IMG/VR virus record: IMGVR_UViG_3300022743_000007
Location: 1 to 51,957 of that record
Origin: a virus
Taxonomy: Duplodnaviria > Caudoviricetes
Length of the DNA: 51,957 nucleotides
Strand: one strand, 5' to 3'
The notes beneath the pieces are model-generated. The model saw only the letters and a list, made by a program, of their open reading frames with translations, was not told the DNA's origin and did no database searches. A program made the translations under genes and the position numbers. Shown here piece after piece: positions 1 through 9,174 of the stretch (the stretch's first letter is position 1; every line of letters starts with the position of its first letter).

Positions 1-33
1 AGGTTCCCGCGCTCTTAAAAGCCGTGATGTCGG

Positions 34-42
34 TGCTACAAT
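34..42 (+). promoter_or_regulatory. Extended -10 promoter element for tRNA-Phe
   Basis: TGcTACAAT (TGn + TACAAT) ending 9 nt before the tRNA 5' end. Confidence 0.55.
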
Positions 43-51
43 AGCCGTCTC

Positions 52-127
<76 letters not shown>

Positions 128-132
128 TTATT

Positions 133-166
133 AAAGGGCGACTGTTCTCAGTCGCCCTTTCCTTTT
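133..166 (+). terminator. Intrinsic terminator after tRNA-Phe
   Basis: Perfect 12-bp stem AAAGGGCGACTG-ttct-CAGTCGCCCTTT followed by a pyrimidine/T tract. Confidence 0.8.
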
Positions 167-430
167 CCGGCGTTCCCCCGCGCCACGCGGGGTGCGAGAC
201 CGATCTGCGTGTGCTGGGCAGTCTACAACGCGGTCACCATTTTTGGCCGAGTCGCGCCATTTCGATTCCCTTCTGTTCTCTGTTCTCAAAAAACAGGGCT
301 GAACCTTGCCTGAGTTGGCACACGCAGAACCACATTCCCGTCAACAACTTGTACGTGTGTTGGATGATGAGGTTCGCAAAGGCAACTGGATAAGCACGGA
401 CCTTAAATGCTCCGTGACCTATCGATGTAT

Positions 431-1558
431 CTAGATTTGGCTGCGGAACTGGTCTTTGGTCCACTCGGCTAGCAGCACACTTGAACGGAAGAATACGCTT
501 GCGAACAATAAAACAGCGGCCAGCGGGATCTTCTCAATCCGGAATAGGTGTGTCCGAAAGGTCGCGGACTCAACGATTTTCCCATGAGCGAGATTGCCAG
601 CCATGCGAGCCTTGATTGCGTCCCCGTCATACACGTTAATTGCCAGATCCAAGTGGTTCAACACTGCGTCGCGTACATGGCTTCCTGATGCTGCGTCGCT
701 GTCCAGATGAATGCAGCGGCCAATCAGCAGACCGTCAGAAACTTCTTCAGTGAGTTCCTCTAGCATCATCGAAAGATTGCCATCCCTGCGCTTTGCAACC
801 ACATCAAGACGACGAAGACCCATCACACGATATTCCCAGAATGGACGTATGTCATTCGGCGTCAACGGGTCATCCTCTAGGAGGTAGGAGCACCCCTCCT
901 TCTGATTGTCCCGAATGGCTAGGTTCTGCCACCAATGCGGATTGGCTGGAATTAGCGTGGCCTCCTGCAGTCTCATGCGCGGACAAGTCCCATAGGTCTT
1001 GTATGGATCAAGGCGTACGAACAATCGGCTTGTCGGGAATGTTTGCAATGACAGGGCAACGATCCGTGGATCCAGGTAAGAATCAAGTTCGTAAAATCGC
1101 CCCATGCGCTCAAAAATTTCAGAGTTCTGCTGAGACTTTAAAGATGCCGCATCGACTAATTCCAGTCGACCTTCACCTTTGCTGTCAAGTCGCGTTCGTA
1201 CCTGTTCGAGCAGATCGGAGCCATGAAAAATCGGCTGATCTGCAGCGTAAGTTTGGAAGCGGCGCTGAAGAGAGATGCGCCGCAATTTGTGCTGAATGTC
1301 GAAAAGCAGGAGGAAAAGCGCCATGCGATCGTCTTCTTTTTTGCCGACGAAATGGCCAATTTCTAGATATGGTGCCGCCCGTATCCGATCCTCGGGTGAC
1401 AGCGTTGCCACCCGGCATTTGAGTGCTTCGAGCAAGGCAGGTGATGACCTTGCAAGTTCCGCCTCCAACAACTCCTGCGATGAATTGCCAAGGGTGGCCC
1501 AGGATTCCGCTTCGCGGTCTACGTATTCGAAATAACTTTCCAGATTCATCGTGAGCAT
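431..1558 (-). CDS. Hypothetical protein (375 aa), cargo gene at element end
   Basis: Long ORF with protein-like composition; no family motif recognised; alternative ATG at 1549. Confidence 0.75.
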   Translation of the reverse strand: MLTMNLESYFEYVDREAESWATLGNSSQELLEAELARSSPALLEALKCRVATLSPEDRIRAAPYLEIGHFVGKKEDDRMALFLLLFDIQHKLRRISLQRRFQTYAADQPIFHGSDLLEQVRTRLDSKGEGRLELVDAASLKSQQNSEIFERMGRFYELDSYLDPRIVALSLQTFPTSRLFVRLDPYKTYGTCPRMRLQEATLIPANPHWWQNLAIRDNQKEGCSYLLEDDPLTPNDIRPFWEYRVMGLRRLDVVAKRRDGNLSMMLEELTEEVSDGLLIGRCIHLDSDAASGSHVRDAVLNHLDLAINVYDGDAIKARMAGNLAHGKIVESATFRTHLFRIEKIPLAAVLLFASVFFRSSVLLAEWTKDQFRSQI

Positions 1559-1617
1559 TGCCAGAAACTAAATTTGCAGGCTCAACACTACACGGAATTC
1601 TTGAAAAACACTTTTAT

Positions 1618-2112
1618 CTATTCAACTTGGCGAGATGCCACAAAGCCAAACAGAGTTCGTTGCTCTCCCCAATCAAGCGGCACCTCCGCCTGCCGACCAC
1701 GGAGCGCGTGCAGGTTCAGATGACGTGGCTGCCGCCCGTCCAGGACCGCCCGGATGATGTCAGGTGCCAGACGCGTCATCCTGAGGACTTCGCTGACCCA
1801 ACCTGGCTCAAGCTTGAAGCGGCGTGCCAGTTCTGTTGCGTTGGACACCTCGCCGGTGTCGATCATTTTCTGCCAGTAGAAGGCCTTGCCGATGGTGCGG
1901 ATCAAGGGCAGATCGAATGTGGAAGGCGTTCTGACAAACGACGTACCGATTGGTGGCACGATCAACTTGCTGGAATGGCGGCGCTTGATCGCCAGCGGTA
2001 CGAACGTCACCGACCGACCGCCAAGTTCGAAATCCCTTGGCTTCCCCGATGGGGTGACCACGACACGGCGTGCCGCTGGCGTTTCTCGCGTGGGCTTTTC
2101 GATGGTACTCAT
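1618..2112 (-). CDS. Recombinase-associated HTH-like protein (~164 aa)
   Basis: ATG overlaps the recombinase stop; AFYWQKMIDTGEV...ELARRFKLEPGWVSEVLRMTRLAPDIIRAVLDGRQP is typical of genes following DUF2924-linked recombinases. Confidence 0.75.
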   Translation of the reverse strand: MSTIEKPTRETPAARRVVVTPSGKPRDFELGGRSVTFVPLAIKRRHSSKLIVPPIGTSFVRTPSTFDLPLIRTIGKAFYWQKMIDTGEVSNATELARRFKLEPGWVSEVLRMTRLAPDIIRAVLDGRQPRHLNLHALRGRQAEVPLDWGEQRTLFGFVASRQVE

Positions 2113-3521
2113 CACACAGTCTCCTCGTCGGCCGGTGCGCGTTGCTCGGCCACGAATTGGTGGCGCTCGAGTTCCCGGCAGAACCGCTGCCAACTGTCGT
2201 CCTGCCAAATGATGTCCAGCCCATCCTCGTGCAGTTGGACCCGATCAATGAGCAATCGCATGATTCGGTTCTGCTCGATGGGAAATAGGTTCTCCCACAC
2301 TTCGCTCATCTGACGCATGGCCACCAGCACGGTCGGCTCGTCCATTTCCTGCCGCTCCCGCAGAGCCATGCCGGCCTGCCAGACGCCAATGATCATCTCG
2401 GGTTCCTGCAATGCCTTATGCACCTGCGCCAGTACGGCTGTTTCGATTTCCAAGGCTGGCAGCGGACCGATGTTCGGCCGTGTGGGATCGTAGGTAGCAC
2501 CTGCCGAATGCCGCTTTTCCAAGTAAGGCACGTAGTAGCGATACCGCTTCCCGTTTTTCTTCTGGGTGTACGTCGGCAGCATCCGCTGACCATCCGGCGC
2601 GTACAGGAGGCCGGTCAGCAAGGCAGGTTCCTTTTTGTACCGGGTGCGTGGCCCCTGCTTGCGGCCATCCACAAATGCGTGCACAGCCGTCCATAACTCC
2701 GTGGAAACGATGGGCTCGTGCTGGCCAGGGAAGGATTGGCCCTTGTGAGTTATCTCCCCGAGGTAGAGGCGGTTGCGCAGCATGGTGAAGATGCACTGCT
2801 GATCGATGATCTTGCCTTCGTGGCGCCGGCCATTTTGGGCCACCCATACCTTTGTGGTGTGCCCCTCGATCTGCAACTCACGAACCAGTTGCGCAGCAGA
2901 ACCTGTTTCGGCATACCGCGCAAAAATGTCCCTGACCAACGCGGCTTCCGGTTCATTGACCACAAGTTTGCGGTCCCGGACGTCGTAGCCCAGCGGGGGC
3001 GTGCCCCCCATCCACATGCCTTTGGCTTTGCTGGCCGAAATCTTGTCGCGGATCCGTTCGCCGGTGACCTCGCGTTCAAACTGGGCAAATGACAGAAGTA
3101 TGTTGAGTGTCAATCGGCCCATGCTGGTCGTCGTATTGAACTGCTGGGTCACCGAAACAAAAGTGACGCCGTGCTCATCGAACAGATCCACAATTTTGGC
3201 GAAGTCTGACAGGGACCGGGACAACCGATCTATTTTGTAGACCACCACCACATCGATACGCCCATCCTCAACGTCCGCCAATAAGCGTTTCAACGCCGGT
3301 CGGTTGGTATTGCCGCCGGAGAACCCTCCGTCGTCGTATCCATCATCGATCGCAATCCACCCTTCGTGGCGCTGACTGCTGATGAATGCCAGTGCCGAGT
3401 CGCGCTGGGCTTCCAGACTGTTGTACTCCTGGTCCAGCCCCTCGTCTGTGGACTTACGGGTGTAAATGGCGCAGCGCTTTTTCGGCGTCAGTGCCGGCGA
3501 ACGTGTTGCTGGCGTTTTCAT
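2112..3521 (-). CDS. Large serine recombinase (integrase)
   Basis: Resolvase domain YTRKST (catalytic Ser), VVVYKIDRLSRS, FAQFERE, GGTPPLGY, then a recombinase domain. Confidence 0.93.
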   Translation of the reverse strand: MKTPATRSPALTPKKRCAIYTRKSTDEGLDQEYNSLEAQRDSALAFISSQRHEGWIAIDDGYDDGGFSGGNTNRPALKRLLADVEDGRIDVVVVYKIDRLSRSLSDFAKIVDLFDEHGVTFVSVTQQFNTTTSMGRLTLNILLSFAQFEREVTGERIRDKISASKAKGMWMGGTPPLGYDVRDRKLVVNEPEAALVRDIFARYAETGSAAQLVRELQIEGHTTKVWVAQNGRRHEGKIIDQQCIFTMLRNRLYLGEITHKGQSFPGQHEPIVSTELWTAVHAFVDGRKQGPRTRYKKEPALLTGLLYAPDGQRMLPTYTQKKNGKRYRYYVPYLEKRHSAGATYDPTRPNIGPLPALEIETAVLAQVHKALQEPEMIIGVWQAGMALRERQEMDEPTVLVAMRQMSEVWENLFPIEQNRIMRLLIDRVQLHEDGLDIIWQDDSWQRFCRELERHQFVAEQRAPADEETV

Positions 3522-3982
3522 ACCTGGGCCGCCTTTCGTTCACGACTGGACGGCTTCAAGCCGAAAAACACAGGGCCGGAATACACCGTCCCGGTGATTT
3601 CGCGTGCCACTCTTGACAGGCTTTTGAATGGACGGCCGTTCAAGTCAAACCGGCCGTCGTCCATTACCTTGACCCGATAAGTGATGCCGTCGTATTCACG
3701 CACCAGGGTCGTACCAGGAGACAGTTCGCTCTCAGCTCGCCGCTTGTGGTTTGGTACCTCGCCGGTTTCGCCGATTTTTTCGAGCTTAGTCCGGACGTGA
3801 CCGGGCAGTCCGCCGAAAGTGCGCTCTTGCAGTTTGTAGGCGATTCGGCTTTCCAGATAGGTGCGATGGTGGTGACCGGGGCGGCGGTCAAAGAGCTCGT
3901 CCCACAAAGCCCAGATGCTTTCCATGGAGAGATTGGGTAACTGCGTTATTTGCGCGATGGTGCTACTTGCTTGCGTCGTCAT
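3518..3982 (-). CDS. DUF2924 domain-containing protein
   Basis: LESRIAYKLQERTFGGL, PGTTLVREYDG, SLSRVAREITGTVYSGPVFFGL; overlaps the recombinase start. Confidence 0.88.
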   Translation of the reverse strand: MTTQASSTIAQITQLPNLSMESIWALWDELFDRRPGHHHRTYLESRIAYKLQERTFGGLPGHVRTKLEKIGETGEVPNHKRRAESELSPGTTLVREYDGITYRVKVMDDGRFDLNGRPFKSLSRVAREITGTVYSGPVFFGLKPSSRERKAAQV

Positions 3983-4215
3983 TCTCGAACTCCTTCTGTG
4001 TAAGACGGGTTCGCATTCACGCTCTGCTCGGCATTAAAGCCAAGACAAACTTCGCTGGAGTGGCTAATAGGCGACAAGTCCCCCGCCAATGCGCTGTTCT
4101 GGCGCGCTCGTAAGATACCTGCTGCGAGAAGTTCAGCGATTTCCCGATGTGGCTGCCGGGGCTGAATTTCACGCGTCAGGCGATGCGGGGGTAAGGGTAA
4201 TTCGACATTTGACAT
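3979..4215 (-). CDS. Small hypothetical protein upstream of DUF2924
   Basis: GGAG RBS before ATG at 4215; stop overlaps the DUF2924 start; EIAELLAAGILR motif. Confidence 0.6.
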   Translation of the reverse strand: MSNVELPLPPHRLTREIQPRQPHREIAELLAAGILRARQNSALAGDLSPISHSSEVCLGFNAEQSVNANPSYTEGVRE

Positions 4216-4329
4216 GGGTGGCGCTCCAGATGGAAAACTGCCATCCATGCTATGGGCCGAACCCTGTCGGAGTAACTCGTTTTAGAGGAGTGACGCGGCC
4301 ATGCGCACCTTCACATGGGATTTGCCATT

Positions 4330-5325
4330 TCAGGCCTGAAAGAAACGCATCACCTTGTTGAACTCGATCGAGTCGCCGCCGAAGATTTCACGTAGAGACC
4401 GGCGAGATGCACCGATCAGTCCGCGCTCGAACGTTGCCTCAAGATCCGTCCCCACACGAATGGCGGCTTGGTGAGTTGGATTGACTCTCCTTGCCAGATC
4501 ACCGCCTTCAGGCGCGATGATGAACATTTGCGTTCCACGTTCATTGACTGAACGCATGATGACTTCGTTGATATGCGTGTCCCGGAAGCCATAGCCAATG
4601 ACCATCAACCGAGTGCCTCCCCGGTATAGGCGTTCTTCGAATTGCTGGTGGTACCAGCTCAGCACAGGCGAGAACTGAATATCCCGGATCTTGTTGCCTC
4701 CCATAATGAGCATTGGCGCGCCGTGAATCTCTTGCCAGTTCGATGAACCGTGTAGCTTGAAGTAGGGCTGGTAGCGTGAGTCCAGTGAAAATTCGGCGGG
4801 AGGTGCTGGCGACCATATTCTTTGCGCCCATGAATTCGGATTGGTCGACGCCGCGTTGTGACCAGGTCTCATGCCAGGCATCTCTGCGCCACCCCATCGA
4901 CCCGACGAGGTGAGGGAGATGTCCCGGTCGATGTAATAGTGCTCGACCAGAAGGTCTTGATTGAGCGTGAAGATCGCGTCAAATCGAGTCAGGAACGTGC
5001 CGACCATACGTTCCCTGGCTTGCTGAAACTCGAAGTCTACGTGGTCAAAATAGCCCTTGTTCATGTCGTCGAACATTCGGGTCACTGCACTTTGCAGATC
5101 TTGGAAGTGCGCGGTATTAGCTGCCGGATCACGAATGAAATCTGTCTGGACTACCGCAAGTGCGTTCTCAAAACCACCAGTTGGCTGGCATTGCCATAGC
5201 AATTTCTGAAGATGCGGATTGCGGAAAACTTCAGGGCAACCAAGTAAGTATTCAAACGCCTCAGAGGCCAGCCAACCGCCCCAGTTGCGGCTGAATCCCG
5301 CGCCAAGTAAAAGAATGTTTTGCAT
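4330..5325 (-). CDS. SIR2-like (sirtuin-fold) protein, putative NADase defence effector
   Basis: LLLGAGFS, FTLNQDLLVE, KLHGS and VIGYGFRDTHIN motifs of SIR2_2-type domains. Confidence 0.85.
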   Translation of the reverse strand: MQNILLLGAGFSRNWGGWLASEAFEYLLGCPEVFRNPHLQKLLWQCQPTGGFENALAVVQTDFIRDPAANTAHFQDLQSAVTRMFDDMNKGYFDHVDFEFQQARERMVGTFLTRFDAIFTLNQDLLVEHYYIDRDISLTSSGRWGGAEMPGMRPGHNAASTNPNSWAQRIWSPAPPAEFSLDSRYQPYFKLHGSSNWQEIHGAPMLIMGGNKIRDIQFSPVLSWYHQQFEERLYRGGTRLMVIGYGFRDTHINEVIMRSVNERGTQMFIIAPEGGDLARRVNPTHQAAIRVGTDLEATFERGLIGASRRSLREIFGGDSIEFNKVMRFFQA

Positions 5326-5362
5326 GCTGGCCTTGGGTTGCTTGTTTGCGGAAGAGGCCTAA

Positions 5363-6286
5363 TTACCGAACGGGCAACTGCCCGTTGTCGACAAAGCGAT
5401 CAAACGTGTCTCGCGTTTCTTCGTCGTCCCAATCACTGCGTTGGAACGAGCGCGGCGGAGCCGATTCCAGCATCAGCAATGACAGAACCCGATTGCCGTC
5501 GGTGTAGGTGTGTTTGAGTTCCCGCAAGCGTATGTCACCGCCTTCGCTTGTGCACCATGCACTGGCAGGCATGTCCACACCATCCCATTCCTGCGCGATT
5601 TCGTCATCTGCGGCCAGCGTGCCAACGAATGGCTCCTGAGGATCTTCCGTTTTTCGCAGCCGTACGCGCGTGCGCCTCGCCTCACCACTGGGCCATTGGT
5701 ACTTCAAAAATCCGTTGTCCCAGTAAACCAGGACGGCGCGCTGTTCGGTGTATTTGACCAAGCGGATGCACATCGCCTCGAGCGAGACGCCGAACTCCTT
5801 GGCCAGATCGCCGAGCAGATGGATGTCGATGCGTTTGCCATCGATACGATCCCGCAGCATATTGCCGGGCATCAGCAGATTGCTGGCGAAGTCGTCGGCC
5901 TCGCGCTCGATTGCTTTGAGCGTGTCGATGCCGGTGTACACGCTCTCCTTGTCACAGTTGAACGTCGCCTGCATCGCGCGGTGCAGAACAAAATGCCCCA
6001 GTTCGTGGGCCACGGTAAACCGCTTGCGTTCGGCGCGGGCCTTTGGGTTTACGAAAATCCCCCACTCCGAATGATTCTCTGGATTGCGCACCAGCGCGCC
6101 CTCGCTGGAATTCCATGTCAGATGGGCCGGTTCTTTGATTGATGCGCCTCGCCCAAAGGGGGTGTCTGGCAGCATCTGCCTGACCAGGTCCAGATCAATG
6201 GGCAAGGTGAGGCTGCCTATGGCATCCAGCCAGGTCAGTATCTTGGCGGCAGCCTTGAAACTATTCAGCGGCGCCGTGTCGCTCAA
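5363..6286 (-). CDS. ImmA/IrrE family metallo-endopeptidase (CapP/IrrE-like)
   Basis: RKRFTVAHELGH (HExxH), EREADDFASNLLMP, FGVSLEA linker, plus an extra C-terminal domain. Confidence 0.9.
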   Translation of the reverse strand: MSDTAPLNSFKAAAKILTWLDAIGSLTLPIDLDLVRQMLPDTPFGRGASIKEPAHLTWNSSEGALVRNPENHSEWGIFVNPKARAERKRFTVAHELGHFVLHRAMQATFNCDKESVYTGIDTLKAIEREADDFASNLLMPGNMLRDRIDGKRIDIHLLGDLAKEFGVSLEAMCIRLVKYTEQRAVLVYWDNGFLKYQWPSGEARRTRVRLRKTEDPQEPFVGTLAADDEIAQEWDGVDMPASAWCTSEGGDIRLRELKHTYTDGNRVLSLLMLESAPPRSFQRSDWDDEETRDTFDRFVDNGQLPVR

Positions 6287-6630
6287 GCGCCCTCCGCGTC
6301 GGAGCCCTTGTTGCCAAACATCAGCTTCATGGCGTCCCGGTAGCGTTTCTTTTCTTCTTCACTCATCCCGGCATATTCCCGGAAAAAAGCGACATCAGCG
6401 CCGCTGGCCTCCTTGACCTCACCGATGGGCTCGCCCAGCAGATCCTCTACCGTGACGCCGAGCAACTTGCCGATGGCGTTCAGGCGCTCGGCAGTGGGGC
6501 GCTGACCCTCGCGCATTTCCAGTTCCCAGACGTAACCCTTGCTGCAGCCAACGGCGTCTGCCACTTGCTGGAGCGTGAGGCCCTTGGCTTCACGAAATTG
6601 CCGTAACCGTATTCCGAAAGGACTTGGCAT
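6283..6630 (-). CDS. XRE-family HTH repressor (ImmR/CapH-like)
   Basis: RLRQFREAKGLTLQQVADAVGCSKGYVWELE; start reassigned to ATG 6630; stop overlaps the peptidase start. Confidence 0.9.
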   Translation of the reverse strand: MPSPFGIRLRQFREAKGLTLQQVADAVGCSKGYVWELEMREGQRPTAERLNAIGKLLGVTVEDLLGEPIGEVKEASGADVAFFREYAGMSEEEKKRYRDAMKLMFGNKGSDAEGA

Positions 6631-6659
6631 TTGCGTAATCACCCTAGAAATAGCAAAAA

Positions 6660-6767
6660 AGTATAGCAGAAAGAGCCAGTTCAATGAACAAGTGCCATTT
6701 TGATTGACAAGCGGGTATGTGCGCGTACAATCGGTCTTGTATCGTTCTACATGACTTTTAGCGATAC
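6660..6767. promoter_or_regulatory. Divergent promoter/operator region
   Basis: Rightward TTGACA (6704-6709), 16-nt spacer, TACAAT (6726-6731); leftward TGcTATACT (6660-6668, minus strand); palindrome GTTCAaTGAAC (6679-6689); inverted GTATCG/CGATAC (6739-6767). Confidence 0.7.
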
Positions 6768-6856
6768 GTGGCCTATTTTGTGTAACCAGTCGCCGACGGC
6801 AGCACCGCAAGGTTCCCGGTCTTCAGTCCAACGACGACATCCTGAAAGGACCGAGT

Positions 6857-8107
6857 ATGAAACTTACCTACGCTGACGCGCTGCTCAACCTGCCAGTCGA
6901 CGCGACGCTGCGCACTTACCTCCACAACCAGGGCATGGTGTTCCCGCCAGACTTTGACTGGTCGGATGACCCGGCCACCTCAAACCGGCTGATCGAGACG
7001 ATTCAGACCTACCCCGACAGTGGAGTACGAGACAAGGTTGTCGCCGGATTGCATGTAAGCACGCAACTCGCGCACCCCCGTGGCAAGCAGGCGATGTTTC
7101 AGGCCACCACGGCGAACAGCGCCGCCCTGGTCAGTTTGATCGGCTGCCAGAGCGACATCCACCGGGCATTTTGGCTGTTCGTCCATCACATGGACCTGTT
7201 TGAGCAAGCGGCGGAGATGGAGTACGTCGATAGCCATACCCAGCACGCTCAACAGCATGACCTTGGAATCAAGGTCCCTGTGCGCCGTGACCCGGCATCC
7301 ATGGCAGCGTTCGGCGATGCCATCAAAGTGTTCTACCAAAAAGAACTTGGCTGTGGCGAGGTCTGTGTCGCGCACCTGCTGGACCGTGCTCAGGGCACGC
7401 AACTCGTGACGGTGCACGCCAAGGACCTGGCCATGATGCGACTGGAGTTTGACGGCACCACACTGCAGCGTCGAGTCGGCAGCCCGAATATTCACATGAC
7501 TCTGGAGTACTCGGACGCCACCGGCGTGGTCCGTACGTTGATTCGCGGTGGGGCGAAATACCATGAGATGCTGGCCCAGGCGTTCGCACTGCATCTGCTG
7601 GGTGTGGATGTGGCGGCGCAGCGGATCAAGCCGCCAACGCTGGACCTGTCGACCTTGAAGTTGGGTTTTCAGGTGCCGCAGGCGGCAGCCGACGGTTTTG
7701 TGTCGCTGCAGGTCAAGTCGATCACGTTGATGAGCCCGGACACCCACCTCAAGGCCGAGTTCACGGCAATGGCCAGCAGTGAGCATGATTGCGTCACGGA
7801 ATTGATTGCCGAAAGATTCGAGCACGACAACCCGCTGGCGCGGCACTGGCTGGTGACTGCAGCCACCATCAACCTCTACTACGCGCCACCCCCAGGCAAA
7901 CAGCGCAGCCCCGTCGTGACCGTTGAAGTGACACGTCGTGGTCGCCTGAATCTGCACAAGTTTGACGAAAAACTGCGCGCTCAGTTGGAGGGCTATCTGG
8001 TGCAGATCGGCATCCTGCAAGAAAAGCAGACCTTGTCGGCACAGACGGATATGGCCGGGGCACGCCCGGATCTGGTGGATGAGCGCGCAATTGAGCAAAG
8101 CCAATAA
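6857..8107 (+). CDS. Hypothetical protein (416 aa)
   Basis: AAGGA RBS, codon style like the phage core, first gene after the rightward promoter. Confidence 0.85.
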   Translation: MKLTYADALLNLPVDATLRTYLHNQGMVFPPDFDWSDDPATSNRLIETIQTYPDSGVRDKVVAGLHVSTQLAHPRGKQAMFQATTANSAALVSLIGCQSDIHRAFWLFVHHMDLFEQAAEMEYVDSHTQHAQQHDLGIKVPVRRDPASMAAFGDAIKVFYQKELGCGEVCVAHLLDRAQGTQLVTVHAKDLAMMRLEFDGTTLQRRVGSPNIHMTLEYSDATGVVRTLIRGGAKYHEMLAQAFALHLLGVDVAAQRIKPPTLDLSTLKLGFQVPQAAADGFVSLQVKSITLMSPDTHLKAEFTAMASSEHDCVTELIAERFEHDNPLARHWLVTAATINLYYAPPPGKQRSPVVTVEVTRRGRLNLHKFDEKLRAQLEGYLVQIGILQEKQTLSAQTDMAGARPDLVDERAIEQSQ

Positions 8108-9053
8108 CGCGACAACCTGGGCGCTTGCGTGTCGGCTCTTTGGCAACGAGGGGCCGATACTCGAGTCCGCACTATCTGATAACGAGCGCGATGCTCTGGC
8201 CGTGCTGGATGAAAACCGCGCGGTGAAAAAGCACCCATTGGACCTCAGGTATGTGCTGTGCCCTTACTGCCAGTTGCACCGTGGGCAGGTCGTTCAATCC
8301 GCGACCGGTCTCGCTTGCCAGTGCCCCGACTGCGGGTCCGTGGCGGTGGATGCCGTTGATCGGCAAGCGTGGTTGTTCGATCCTGATTGGCTGGTTCGCA
8401 AACTGCGCGGCGCGCTGAACATTCCCGCCCAGCAGGGCACTGTGTCGGTGGTCGCTGGCATGTGGCGATTGGGGACCCACCAGCGTCGCCCCGTCATCTT
8501 GGCGCGCAGTCTGGATCTGCCGCTGCAGCACCCGTCGTTGATTGCACGAACACGCGGCACAGCGGTGCCATGGTTGATCACTCCGAAGCCGATGCGGGAT
8601 ATTGAGCATGATCCACTTGCTGGCGCAGCTGTCTGGCTACCGCTGGAGGAGCGATTCACCTTGTATGGAGGCAAGCTCAGTTATACGGAACCAGGGGCAG
8701 AGTCGAATCCCGACGTACCGGACGATACGACAGAGGCAGTGAACGGTCCGTTTTCTGCCGATTTTCGCTGGGTGCATCTGTCCGGCGCGACGATGCCGAT
8801 CGCATTGTCTTCAGCTCAGGCAGCGGTGTTCAGTGCATTCTGGCATTTCGCGGGTCAGGAGCAGGAAGCCCACAACGTGATGGGGCGCGCGAAGTTGAAG
8901 AGCGACAAACCCATCGACGTATTCAAGGTGAAAGCCGAGAACAAGGGCAACCCAAAATACGAAGATCCACTGCGCGCGTACCAGGCATTGGTCATCGCCA
9001 ATCAGCGCGCAGGCACCTATGTGATGCCTTGTGCCGCACCAGTGAAATCCTGA
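8079..9053 (+). CDS. Hypothetical protein with zinc ribbon and possible C-terminal winged HTH
   Basis: CPYC...CQCPDCG; C-terminal FSADFRWVHL...LSSAQAAVF resembles OmpR-like wHTH segments; overlaps the upstream gene. Confidence 0.75.
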   Translation: MSAQLSKANNATTWALACRLFGNEGPILESALSDNERDALAVLDENRAVKKHPLDLRYVLCPYCQLHRGQVVQSATGLACQCPDCGSVAVDAVDRQAWLFDPDWLVRKLRGALNIPAQQGTVSVVAGMWRLGTHQRRPVILARSLDLPLQHPSLIARTRGTAVPWLITPKPMRDIEHDPLAGAAVWLPLEERFTLYGGKLSYTEPGAESNPDVPDDTTEAVNGPFSADFRWVHLSGATMPIALSSAQAAVFSAFWHFAGQEQEAHNVMGRAKLKSDKPIDVFKVKAENKGNPKYEDPLRAYQALVIANQRAGTYVMPCAAPVKS

Positions 9054-9073
9054 TTTAACGAAACCTCCCTCAC

Positions 9074-9110
9074 AAAACGGCGGGCCATTGCGGCTCGCCG
9101 TTTTCATTTC
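9074..9110 (+). terminator. Intrinsic terminator
   Basis: AAAACGGCGGGCC-attgc-GGCTCGCCGTTTT followed by CATTTC. Confidence 0.7.
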
Positions 9111-9118
9111 TACGGTCA

Positions 9119-9174
9119 CTGGCGAACCCGAACTACCAGGCCAGTTCGCCAGCCGGTTCCTTAACAGTTCGCCA
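9119..9174. promoter_or_regulatory. Repeated GTTCGCCA boxes upstream of the early operon
   Basis: CTGGCGAAC (9119-9127) inverted against GTTCGCCAG (9144-9152); third copy GTTCGCCA (9167-9174). Confidence 0.5.

Noticed and set aside
4279-4287. GTTTTAGAG resembling the start of a type II CRISPR repeat
   Set aside because: Single copy, no array, no cas genes.
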